Shown piece by piece: positions 17,021 to 25,958 of a stretch of DNA of 32,000 bases. The position numbers and the translations under genes are program-made. Origin of the DNA: Candidatus Saccharimonadota bacterium. GTDB lineage: Bacteria; Patescibacteriota; Gracilibacteria; UBA1369; 2-02-FULL-48-14. How positions within the stretch are numbered: the first letter of the stretch is position 1; each line of letters opens with the position of its first letter. The DNA lies in assembly GCA_016699145.1 (NCBI GenBank), contig CP064962.1, positions 720,001 to 752,000 on the forward strand, given 5' to 3'. The notes under the pieces were generated by a model. The model was not told the DNA's origin and did no database searches. It saw only the letters and a program-made list of their open reading frames with translations.

Positions 17021-18833
17021 CGGAGAAACTCCATACGCAAAAGAGCTGAAGACTTCAGAAGTAATGGCGCTCGCTGATCGTCGAGTGAATGTAGCTAAGG
17101 AAGACATTCCTCGTGAACAAAAGGTAAAAATTGTGGAACTAGAAAACACGGTTCTCGACTTTATGCGTGATCCAAACTATGCAGAAATGCGAGAAGCCTA
17201 TAAGAAGAACTACGACACGACGGGGCGGGGTGCCGAAGGCTTGTTGGCTACTATGAAGGCGCACTACATGGCCGTAGAATCAGGTGAAAGCAAGGCCGCT
17301 GGGGATCAATTGAAAGCCATTACAACCATGGCGCTTTCGGAGTTGGAGGAATTGAAAATGAATATGGGCTTTGCTGCTGCGGACACGGAGCGTGATGCCA
17401 GGAGATACAACGACGTCATTGGTAAAAGCACAGGGGCAGACAGGCCCATCGCTCCAGCATCTGAACTTCCAGAAAATATGGCTACGGTAGAAGAATTGCT
17501 TGGCAGGACTCCTCGAGAAAAAATCGAGGTCAATCTGGCATTGAATGAAGGTCGTTTGGCTCAATTGAAGCTTCCAGAAAATGCCGCTGCTTACGTCGAC
17601 GCAAAACTAGCCTACGCTTCCATAACTGGGGGGCAACATCTCGAAGATGCCACTAAACTTTTGAGCGATGCTTTTTCCGCTGGATTGAAAGAGGTGGCCA
17701 AAAGAACAGGCCTCAGTGAACAACGCGCTTTACTGCTAGAACTGGTCTCAACCCAACTCAATGCACTAGAGGGCTTGTATAAAATCCTCACTCAGTCTAT
17801 TCGCAACGAAGCTCCTCACAAAGAGGTGTCAGAAGCAGTTGACAACGGAGAGGGCTCTTTCTCGGACAAAGAAATGGCTGAGATTTTGGGGACTGTTTTT
17901 GCGAAGGCACGATGGGATACCATTGATTCATCTCAGCCTTTCAAAAAACCTACAACAATCTCTGAAGGGATGGAGGCTTACTACCGGGTAGGACCTGCTT
18001 ATACATACTACACCGGACGTAAGCCCCAAGACCTTGGCTTTAACGAAGCATACGTGCTTGGCACAACCCAAGGAATTGTCAGCGCCTTGGTAACAGTGGA
18101 TCAAATGGCACTAGGCGCAGCAGCTTGGGTTGGAAAGAAGGTCATGGGCAACGAAGCACACGCGGCAACAAGTGACACCCATGAAGCCGAAACGTGGACT
18201 TCTAAAATTCTAAATGCGGGGAAAAGCGTATTGGATCCACACACCTGGGCAATGGCGTGGCAAATGCTCACGTATGGGCTTGAGCACAGTACCGCTGAAG
18301 AAAAGCTCTTTATGGTGAATAAAATTGTCGCGGAATTCATTTCAGTCGGGCTCATTGGTGGAGAAGTTCTGCATGGACTCAAAGCAAGCAAGCTCGGCAT
18401 TCAAGGGTCCCGTGCAATGAAATCAATGACGGTGGCTATGGAAGTGATCGCCACGCAGTGTCCAACGCTAGCCATGTACGGGTATAACAGTGAACGAATT
18501 TGTGTTGGTCTAGAAAATGTAGCCGCCCAAGGAATTCGTGTCTGGGATGATTTACTACTCCGCAGTGCCCACGTGGGAGAGACAGCCCATGGAGTGGAGG
18601 CAAATCTATATCACCCCACTGTCGGGGTTTATTCGCATGCCAAAGAAGAGATCGAAGCAAAAAGAGAACATTCTTTTGCCTACGACGAGCTTGTAACCAT
18701 CCGTGAGCACCTGCGCTTGGCCATCCAGCATGCAGAGAGCCTTGGCCTAACCGAGGGGCAACGAGCCGACCTTCAGGCTTCAAATCGTGAGGTGCTTAGG
18801 CGGCTTCAAGGGGTCGACCGCGAAGGTCATTAG
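17013..18833 (+). CDS. Hypothetical 606-aa protein
   Basis: It is a long clean ORF. The N-terminal half is helical and charged, and the centre holds two moderately hydrophobic segments (GIVSALVTVDQMALGAAAWVG and IVAEFISVGLIGGEVLHGL). The C-terminal region is His-rich. I see no nucleotide-binding or catalytic motif. Confidence 0.65.
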   Translation: MSNGETPYAKELKTSEVMALADRRVNVAKEDIPREQKVKIVELENTVLDFMRDPNYAEMREAYKKNYDTTGRGAEGLLATMKAHYMAVESGESKAAGDQLKAITTMALSELEELKMNMGFAAADTERDARRYNDVIGKSTGADRPIAPASELPENMATVEELLGRTPREKIEVNLALNEGRLAQLKLPENAAAYVDAKLAYASITGGQHLEDATKLLSDAFSAGLKEVAKRTGLSEQRALLLELVSTQLNALEGLYKILTQSIRNEAPHKEVSEAVDNGEGSFSDKEMAEILGTVFAKARWDTIDSSQPFKKPTTISEGMEAYYRVGPAYTYYTGRKPQDLGFNEAYVLGTTQGIVSALVTVDQMALGAAAWVGKKVMGNEAHAATSDTHEAETWTSKILNAGKSVLDPHTWAMAWQMLTYGLEHSTAEEKLFMVNKIVAEFISVGLIGGEVLHGLKASKLGIQGSRAMKSMTVAMEVIATQCPTLAMYGYNSERICVGLENVAAQGIRVWDDLLLRSAHVGETAHGVEANLYHPTVGVYSHAKEEIEAKREHSFAYDELVTIREHLRLAIQHAESLGLTEGQRADLQASNREVLRRLQGVDREGH

Positions 18834-18840
18834 GCCATCT

Positions 18841-21800
18841 TTACTTCTCCACCACAGCCCCAGGCAAATTCTTCAGCTTTTTGCCAAGCGCCAATAGACA
18901 TTTTTTGAGCTCTTCCACCCAAGAAACTCCAAGGTCTTTGAATGAAATCTTGAGCTTGGTGCCCGAAATGATCCACCGATTGTTGTATTCCAAAAGCGAC
19001 ATAATATTTTCGGGCTTCACGCTTTCAGACATATGTAAAACAATTTGCCGGTCTTCTTGTGAGTGGACATTTTCTGCCTTCACATTGAGGATGCCGGCTT
19101 TTTTTGCAAACATTTTTATCTCTAAAACGCGGAACAAATTCGAAACCTCTTCCGGCATTCGTCCATAATCTTCCACCAGTTCAGTGCGCAGCTCCGTGAG
19201 GTAGTCGAGCGTATCGGCTCCGGCCAATTTTTGGTAAACAGAAATCTTTTCTTTGGAACTGACAATATACTCATCCGGCACATAAGCAGGCAGCGGAATT
19301 TCGATGGTCACATCCTTCATGGTGGTCTCTCGTTCCTTCACTTTCTTGCCTTTCTTCAAATCTTCCACCGCCTGGTTGAGCATGCGCACAAAGTGCGAAA
19401 CGCCCACCACCTGAATGGCCCCCGACTGATTGGCCCCAAGCACATCTCCTGCCCCTCGAATTTCCAAATCTTTCATGGCAATTTGGAACCCGGCACCCAG
19501 TTCGTTGGCCTCCACAATGGCCTTGAGACGTTTTTTTGCATCCAGCGGCAGGCGCTCCATTTGATACAAAAAGTACGAGTACGCCTGCACTTTCGCGCGT
19601 CCCACCCGTCCACGAAGTTGATAAAGCTGCGCGAGTCCAAAACGTTCGGCGTTGTTCACAATGAGGGTGTTCGCATTCGCAAGATCAATTCCGTTTTCAA
19701 TGATGGTCGAGCTCACAAGAATATCGTACTCCCCACTTTTGAAGGCCAAAATTCGGCGTTCCAGCTCGTCTGGTGCAAGTTTTCCGTGCGTAACCACAAT
19801 GCGAGCCTTCGGCAGCAAAGACCGCAGCTTAGACGCCATGTCATCGATGGTTTGCACACGGTTGTGCAAAAAGTAAATTTGTCCGCCGCGTTCCATTTCT
19901 TTTTCCACCGCACCTTTAATGAGCGCCAGCGAATACCGACGCACTTCCGTCACAATAGGGAGTCTTCCGGGCGGCGGCGTGGTGATGGTCGTGATGTCTC
20001 TGAGTCCGTGCAAACTGATGTTCAGCGTACGAGGAATCGGTGTCGCGGTCATGGTTAAAATGTGCACTTCTTTGCGGAAGTCTTTGAGGCGCTCTTTTTG
20101 CTTCACCCCAAAACGCTGTTCTTCGTCAATGATGAGCAGGCCCAAATCTTTGAATTTGAGGTCGTCTTGCAAAAGACGGTGGGTGCCAATAATAATGTCG
20201 ATTTCGCCTCGCTCAAGGGCTTTTAGAATCTTCTTTTGCTCGGCAGGGCTACGGAAACGACTCAGCATTTCGATGCGAACATTGAAGCCTTCCATGCGTT
20301 TCACAAAACTCTTAAAATGTTGATCCACCAAAATCGTGATGGGCGCGAGCACGGCCACTTGCTTGCCGTTGTCCACAGCCTTGAACGCCGCGCGCATGGC
20401 CACTTCCGTCTTTCCAAAACCCACGTCTCCACACACCAGTCTATCCATCGGTTTTTTGCGTTCCATGTCGCGTTTCACATCCAAAATTGCACGCAGCTGA
20501 CCGGGGGTCGGCTCATATTGAAAATTCTTTTCAAATTGAATCATGCGACTGCTGTCGTTGTCACACATAAAGCCTTGGGCACTTTCGCGTTCTGCATACA
20601 GTTGCAAAAGTTCCGTCGCAATTTTTTCGGTCTCCTTACGTACCCTATTTTGCATCGTCGTCCACTCGGCACTTCCCAGACGTGTGAGCTTCGGAATTCT
20701 ATCCCCCGCCCCAATGAATTTAGAAACCTTGTCCGCTTGGTCGATGGGCACAAAAAGTTTGTCGTTTTCGGCGTAACCAATTTTTAAATACTCGCGCGTC
20801 ACTTCATCAATGGTGCGCTTATCGAGCCCCAAAAACTGCCCAATTCCATGATCGGTATGCACCACAAAATCGCCCGGCTTCAGGCCCGTCAAAAAGTCCG
20901 TGTAAACCTTCTGCCGTTCAGGGCGTTTTTCCTGTTCCCCAAATCCGCCCACATTGCGATCCGAAACCACCATAAAATTGAGTCCAGGATTTTGAAACGC
21001 TTCCGGAAAAATATCCTCCTGGTCCACATGAAAAATCACCACTTGCCTGGATTCAAAACTCGCCCCCCGCTTGTAGCTCACAAAAGGGATTTTCTTCTCT
21101 TCAAAAAGCCCGGTGTAAAGTTCAGGATGTTTAGTGAACAAAAACACCGTCCACTCATTCGCGAGTTTGTCGCGCAAATCGGTGACAAAATCCAGCGGTG
21201 CGTAATATTTTAAAACCGAAAGGTAATGCAGGTGATGATGATAAGCCGTCTCCTCCATAAAGGACCGGAACTCCAAATAACGGGATTCCGGCAAACGCGT
21301 TTTCATCGCAGCCTCAAAAGCTTCACTATCGTCATCCGGGAACTCCACTTCATCATCCAAAACCAAAGAGCCGCGGCCAAAATAATGGAGCAGTGGCGTA
21401 TCGCCTTCCGGCACTTCAATGGGATAAATTTCCAGATGATCGACTTCTTGCACGTCCACTTTGTCCACTTGATTGAAAAGCGCAATTTTTTCCACCTCAT
21501 CAAAACCGAGTTCCAGTCGCACCGGGGTTTCCATATTCACCGGCCAAATCGTCATCAAATCTCCATGGCGATGGTACTCCCCTTTCTCCACATAAGTGTC
21601 CATCGAAACCTCATAACCAATCCCAATGAGTTTTTCAAACACTTCAACAGGGTCCACCGCATCTTTCTTTTTCAGTTTCAAAACCCCACGCTTCACAAGA
21701 TCGGGATTGGGGAAAAGTCCAAAGAGCTCTCGGTAGGGAAGCACAAAAAAAGACGGCCTTTGCTCATCCAAAACCAGCGATAAAAAAGCCATCTTTCGAA

Positions 21801-22107
21801 CCGTGTTTTCTCGATCCAAACCGCTGTCCCTCATGGGATTGTCTTCTTTCTCGTAAGCAAAAACGGGTAAGTCGCCCCACAAGCGAAGGTCTCGCAAAGT
21901 GTTTTCTTTGTGCTGAGAATCGCTGGTCAGCCAAAGCACTCGTTTAAGGTCTTTCACCTCACGAGCCAAATCGGCAATTAAAAACGCTTTCGAAGAAACA
22001 TTCCCAGCCCCTGAAATGGAACTATAGCCTTGATCTTGAAATTGCTCTATTACCTGAAGATTCTGCCCATGCGGGAAGAGTGTGATCAGATGTTTACAGT
22101 CCTTCAC
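18841..22107 (-). CDS. mfd: Transcription-repair coupling factor
   Basis: It encodes 1088 aa. It has a CarD-like segment (GDFVVHTDHGIGQFLG) and superfamily-2 helicase motifs: GDVGFGKTEVAMRAAF, IIDEEQRFGV, LTMTATPIPRTL and QLRGRVGR. Confidence 0.9.
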   Translation of the reverse strand: MKDCKHLITLFPHGQNLQVIEQFQDQGYSSISGAGNVSSKAFLIADLAREVKDLKRVLWLTSDSQHKENTLRDLRLWGDLPVFAYEKEDNPMRDSGLDRENTVRKMAFLSLVLDEQRPSFFVLPYRELFGLFPNPDLVKRGVLKLKKKDAVDPVEVFEKLIGIGYEVSMDTYVEKGEYHRHGDLMTIWPVNMETPVRLELGFDEVEKIALFNQVDKVDVQEVDHLEIYPIEVPEGDTPLLHYFGRGSLVLDDEVEFPDDDSEAFEAAMKTRLPESRYLEFRSFMEETAYHHHLHYLSVLKYYAPLDFVTDLRDKLANEWTVFLFTKHPELYTGLFEEKKIPFVSYKRGASFESRQVVIFHVDQEDIFPEAFQNPGLNFMVVSDRNVGGFGEQEKRPERQKVYTDFLTGLKPGDFVVHTDHGIGQFLGLDKRTIDEVTREYLKIGYAENDKLFVPIDQADKVSKFIGAGDRIPKLTRLGSAEWTTMQNRVRKETEKIATELLQLYAERESAQGFMCDNDSSRMIQFEKNFQYEPTPGQLRAILDVKRDMERKKPMDRLVCGDVGFGKTEVAMRAAFKAVDNGKQVAVLAPITILVDQHFKSFVKRMEGFNVRIEMLSRFRSPAEQKKILKALERGEIDIIIGTHRLLQDDLKFKDLGLLIIDEEQRFGVKQKERLKDFRKEVHILTMTATPIPRTLNISLHGLRDITTITTPPPGRLPIVTEVRRYSLALIKGAVEKEMERGGQIYFLHNRVQTIDDMASKLRSLLPKARIVVTHGKLAPDELERRILAFKSGEYDILVSSTIIENGIDLANANTLIVNNAERFGLAQLYQLRGRVGRAKVQAYSYFLYQMERLPLDAKKRLKAIVEANELGAGFQIAMKDLEIRGAGDVLGANQSGAIQVVGVSHFVRMLNQAVEDLKKGKKVKERETTMKDVTIEIPLPAYVPDEYIVSSKEKISVYQKLAGADTLDYLTELRTELVEDYGRMPEEVSNLFRVLEIKMFAKKAGILNVKAENVHSQEDRQIVLHMSESVKPENIMSLLEYNNRWIISGTKLKISFKDLGVSWVEELKKCLLALGKKLKNLPGAVVEK

Positions 22108-22134
22108 AATTTACTAAAAAACTAAACTTTAAAA

Positions 22135-23238
22135 TTAAACCTTGAGCGGCATGATGATGTGCAGATAATCCGTGCCCGAGGTCGGCGTTACCATAACAGG
22201 AGAAAGTCCATCATTCAAGCCCAAATTCACTTCCTTGCTTCCCAGATGAGAAAGCACGTCGAGCAAATATTGTACGTTGAGCGCCGTTTCAATGGCCTCC
22301 CCATTCACCTGAGCTGCCAAATCCGTGCTGCCCTGACCCACTTGAGTTTCTTCGCTGGCAATCTGAATGCCGTCTTTATGAACCTTCAAACGAACGTTAT
22401 TGCTGTTTTCACGCACAATCACTGAAACTTTTTTAAGCCCCAGGATCAAATCTTCCGTGGAAAGCAAAGCGGTGGTCTTGATTTCTTTGGGTAAAATTTT
22501 CTCGTAATCAGGGAAGTTGCCTTCGATCAACCGAGACATCAGCTCCACCCCGTCCACCTTGAACAAAACCTGTCCTTTGCTCACATACACATCGAATTCC
22601 GCTGCCGCACTGGAGCTTAAAATTTTCATCAATTCTTGAGCCGTTTTCGAGGGAACAATGAATGATAAATCTTTTTCGCTATCCCTTTCGTTCAACAACG
22701 TTTTCTCCCCAAGCCGATAGCTATCCGTGGCCGCCAACTTGGTCTGCTTTCCGTTCACCTGCCAATACACTCCCGTTAAAACGGGGCGAGAAATATTGGT
22801 GGACGCCGCAAAAACAACCTGCTCCAAAGCACTTAAAATGCTCTTTGTTGAAAACTTTAAAACATCCGGTTTTTCAAGCTTAGGCAAAAGCGGAAATTCC
22901 TCGCTGGAAATCCCCTTCATCTTCGTATTCGAACCCTTACTTTGAACCTGAAGCGTATTTCCACCATTCACCGAAAGTAAAACTTCTTTATCGTTCAAAA
23001 GAGCCACATAAGAACTCAAAATTTTGGCGGGAATGGTCAAACTTCCCTCATTCTCGACACTTGCTTCAAAAGAAGCTGAAATAGCAATCTCCAAATTGGT
23101 CGCAGACAAAAAAAGACGCTTTCCTTCCGCCCTCAGTAAAATATTATTCAAAACCGGCAAAGTGCTATTGGGACTGACGGCTCTATTCACGAGTGAAAGA
23201 GCTAAAGCCAGATCCGCCTGGGCGCAAGTGAGTTTCAT
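22135..23238 (-). CDS. dnaN: DNA polymerase III beta sliding clamp
   Basis: MKLTCAQADLALALSLVNRAVSPNSTLPVLNNILL... is a typical clamp N-terminus, and the 367-aa length fits. The track ORF extends a further 58 codons upstream through an implausible Cys/Phe-rich leader. Confidence 0.9.
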   Translation of the reverse strand: MKLTCAQADLALALSLVNRAVSPNSTLPVLNNILLRAEGKRLFLSATNLEIAISASFEASVENEGSLTIPAKILSSYVALLNDKEVLLSVNGGNTLQVQSKGSNTKMKGISSEEFPLLPKLEKPDVLKFSTKSILSALEQVVFAASTNISRPVLTGVYWQVNGKQTKLAATDSYRLGEKTLLNERDSEKDLSFIVPSKTAQELMKILSSSAAAEFDVYVSKGQVLFKVDGVELMSRLIEGNFPDYEKILPKEIKTTALLSTEDLILGLKKVSVIVRENSNNVRLKVHKDGIQIASEETQVGQGSTDLAAQVNGEAIETALNVQYLLDVLSHLGSKEVNLGLNDGLSPVMVTPTSGTDYLHIIMPLKV

Positions 23239-23278
23239 TAAAATTTGGCTAGGAAATCGCAAAAAGTGAAGCAAATTT

Positions 23279-23610
23279 TTTTGCACATGTCTATAAGAAA
23301 AAACAAAACAAAAATATATATAAATAAAACAGCAGTGACTGTAGTAAGGCCTTGCCAAAACCCTCCATTTTCTAGCAAAACAAACATTTTTACACACAAA
23401 TCCCAACCTCAATTGTGCAAAACTTTAATCTGTAAAAACAAAGGACGGTGCAAAACTCGTGCAAAAAAGCAAAAACAGCGGACGCTTTGTGCACAAGATA
23501 AGCAAATAAGCACGCAACTCACACAAAAAAAGTAAAATAAAACAAGAAAAATTGATTTTTAAAAAAGTCCGTGCAAAACACCGCATCCACTTTCGAACAC
23601 GTTTTACACA
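23279..23610. promoter_or_regulatory. Cluster of DnaA-box-like 9-mers plus an AT-rich tract; candidate oriC
   Basis: TTTTGCACA is at 23279-23287. TTTTACACA is at 23388-23396 and 23602-23610. Reverse-orientation copies are TGTGCAAAA (23414-23422), GGTGCAAAA (23447-23455), CGTGCAAAA (23458-23466), TGTGCACAA (23488-23496) and CGTGCAAAA (23570-23578). The AT-rich run AAAAAACAAAACAAAAATATATATAAATAAAAC lies at about 23298-23330. Confidence 0.45.
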
Positions 23611-23616
23611 AAAAAT

Positions 23617-25431
23617 CTAAAAAAGCACCACCGTGTGTATAAGGGGACGGCGGTCAAAGCGCCTCAAAATCACCCCGGCAAGCTCGCTGCGCACAGCCGC
23701 TTCATAGTCGCCAATGTCCAGCCGCCGCTTCTCTCGGTTGCCCAGCTTTTCCACGGCATTTTTAGCCGCATGTTCCAGATCACGAATGAACTTGAGCTGC
23801 TCCTTTTGGTAAAAGAACCCGCGCGTCACCACAATGGGTGTTCCCACAACCCGCCCCTTATTCACCTTAATGACCACGCTCACCATTCCATTCTGCGCCA
23901 TCATTTCACGCTCCTTTAAAACATGGGAGCCCAAATCCCCTCGCATCTCCCCGTCCACCACCACAAAACGCACCTTGATGTCTTCCGTCTTCATCTCCAC
24001 TTTTCCAGCGCGAATTTCAATCACATTTCCATTGTCCATCATGTGCACGTGCTCAGCCGGGATCCCCACCTGAGGTCCCAAGGAGCCATGTGCGCTTCGC
24101 ATGTAATAATTCCCATGAATCGGCACAAGATGATCGGGACGAATCAAACTCATCATCAGCTTCAAATCTTCCTGTTGGCCATGCCCGGACGTATGCACGT
24201 CCATGATTCCGTTGTGCACCACATGCGCCCCGAGGCGCGCCAGTGCATCCACCAAAAAAGCCACCGATTTTTCGTTCCCAATGATCGGCGAAGACGAAAC
24301 CACCACCGTGTCCCCGGGATGAATTTTAACCTGGGTGTGAGCCCCGTTGGCCATGCGCGAAAGAGCCGCCATCGGCTCCCCTTGCCCCCCCGTAGTGAGC
24401 ACAAGGACCTGCCTGTCATCGAATTTATTCACCTCTTTGAGCGGCTGCAATTGCTCCTTGTGAAATTTAATGAACCCGAGCTTGTGCGCAATCTCCACAT
24501 TGGCCTCCAAACTGCCTCCGGACAAAAACACCTTGCGCCCGTTCATTTGAGCAAAATCAATGATCTGCTGAATGCGCCCAATGAGAGATGCAAAACACGT
24601 CACCACAATGCGTCCCTGGGCGTCTGAAATCGCTTTTTCCAGGTTTTCGGCCACCACTCGTTCCGAAATCGTGTGCCCAGGCTTCGTGGCATTGGTGCTG
24701 TCCGCAAACAAAATATTCACCCCGCGCTTGCCCAGCTCATTCATCTTACGCATGTCGCATTCCACCCCATCGGCGGGCGTGAAATCAAATTTAAAGTCCC
24801 CCGTATGCACAATGCTGCCTTCCGGACTTTGAATAAAAATGCCCATCGCATCGGGAATCGAGTGGTTCACGCGAAAAAATTCCACATTGAAACGCCCAAA
24901 ATGATAAACCTGTTCGTTATCCACCACCTTCAGCGTCGTTTGCTTCAAAAGCTTGTGTTCCTCCAATTGTTTTTGCACCAGCCCGAGCGAAAGCTTGGAG
25001 CCATAAACGGGTGGAAAACCCAGATCCGGCAGCACATAAGGCAAACCTCCAATGTGATCGAGGTGCGCGTGCGTGATCAAAATTCCGCGAATTCTATCCT
25101 TGCGCTCCACCAGGTATTGAATATCTGGGATAATATAATCCACCCCAAACATCTCATCGTCCGGGAATTGAAAGCCCATGTCCACAACCAAAATGTCATG
25201 CTCATATTCCACAATCATGCAGTTTTTCCCCACTTCTTCAAGGCCGCCCACCGGGATCATCCGCATCACCTTGGGATGCACGCTAGGGCCCTTTGCCGGG
25301 CCTTTCGGCTGAGGACGTGCTTTGGAGGCAGGGCCCGCCAAAAGCTCTCCTTTTGGGGTGGCTAAAGGGGCCTTGGACCCGCCTTGAACGGTGGTCCTAA
25401 GCCATTCTGACAATTTATCTATTTTGCTCAT
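23617..25431 (-). CDS. rnj: Ribonuclease J (metallo-beta-lactamase/beta-CASP family)
   Basis: The translation is IPVGGLEEVGKNCMIVEY...ILITHAHLDHIGGLPYV...HTSGHGQQEDL. About 55 N-terminal residues are a Pro/Lys-rich extension, so the true start could instead be at MRMIPVGG (about 25266). Confidence 0.9.
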   Translation of the reverse strand: MSKIDKLSEWLRTTVQGGSKAPLATPKGELLAGPASKARPQPKGPAKGPSVHPKVMRMIPVGGLEEVGKNCMIVEYEHDILVVDMGFQFPDDEMFGVDYIIPDIQYLVERKDRIRGILITHAHLDHIGGLPYVLPDLGFPPVYGSKLSLGLVQKQLEEHKLLKQTTLKVVDNEQVYHFGRFNVEFFRVNHSIPDAMGIFIQSPEGSIVHTGDFKFDFTPADGVECDMRKMNELGKRGVNILFADSTNATKPGHTISERVVAENLEKAISDAQGRIVVTCFASLIGRIQQIIDFAQMNGRKVFLSGGSLEANVEIAHKLGFIKFHKEQLQPLKEVNKFDDRQVLVLTTGGQGEPMAALSRMANGAHTQVKIHPGDTVVVSSSPIIGNEKSVAFLVDALARLGAHVVHNGIMDVHTSGHGQQEDLKLMMSLIRPDHLVPIHGNYYMRSAHGSLGPQVGIPAEHVHMMDNGNVIEIRAGKVEMKTEDIKVRFVVVDGEMRGDLGSHVLKEREMMAQNGMVSVVIKVNKGRVVGTPIVVTRGFFYQKEQLKFIRDLEHAAKNAVEKLGNREKRRLDIGDYEAAVRSELAGVILRRFDRRPLIHTVVLF

Positions 25432-25510
25432 GATTTCTTTTACGATTAAACAAGTCTTCTTCCCTCGAATTTTTTCAAAAACAGTCTAGCAGACACAAAA
25501 CCCAAGGTCT

Positions 25511-25918
25511 ATGGAAGTTTCACGCGCTTTACAAAACAAAGCAAAGATGTACAATTCATCATTAAGCAAGTTCCCGTATTTAACCCCCATCTTTATGCCA
25601 CTAGAACAAACGGAAGAAGAAAGAGGAGAAGGCATTAAGGAACTGGTCTTGGCTGCAGCTGCAGCTGGCGTTGGGGCACTCATCGTCTCAGGGGCGGAAT
25701 CGGCTGGGCCCGAAACACATGTCCAGGCAAGCGCCTCTAGCAAAGTCGACCCTAGGCTACAGGCACTCCAAGACGTCGCCTCAGAACTATTGGGACCCCC
25801 GGCGGACCATCCCCAGGCAGCCGGCATCGGAGCCATGCTGGGTCTGACAGTCTTCATGGTTGCAAAAGCAGTGGGCAGGGGAACCTTGTCTACAACAAAC
25901 CCCAAAAGCGGCATCTAA
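25511..25918 (+). CDS. Hypothetical small Ala/Gly-rich protein with two hydrophobic segments
   Basis: ORFs overlap on both strands here. The + frame reads more like a protein (LVLAAAAAGVGALIVSGA and AAGIGAMLGLTVFMVAKAV). The start is uncertain, with an alternative at 25595. Confidence 0.4.
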   Translation: MEVSRALQNKAKMYNSSLSKFPYLTPIFMPLEQTEEERGEGIKELVLAAAAAGVGALIVSGAESAGPETHVQASASSKVDPRLQALQDVASELLGPPADHPQAAGIGAMLGLTVFMVAKAVGRGTLSTTNPKSGI

Positions 25919-25958
25919 CAGGTTGACTTTCCTTTGGGCTCGCGCTTCACTTTAAGCA

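Noticed and set aside
18881-21783. Many + strand ORFs, up to 275 aa, within the mfd region
   Set aside because: They are all antisense to a 1088-aa Mfd that has complete helicase motifs. They are His/Arg/Phe-rich shadow translations.
23635-25365. The + strand ORFs of 234 and 230 aa inside rnj
   Set aside because: They are antisense to RNase J. Their His/Arg-rich shadow composition is typical.
25486-25914. A 142-aa minus-strand ORF overlapping the 25511-25918 + ORF
   Set aside because: Only one of the two can be real. The minus translation is rich in Ser, Pro, Ala and Trp with no hydrophobic periodicity, whereas the + frame has two plausible TM-like helices. Even so, confidence in the + call is low.
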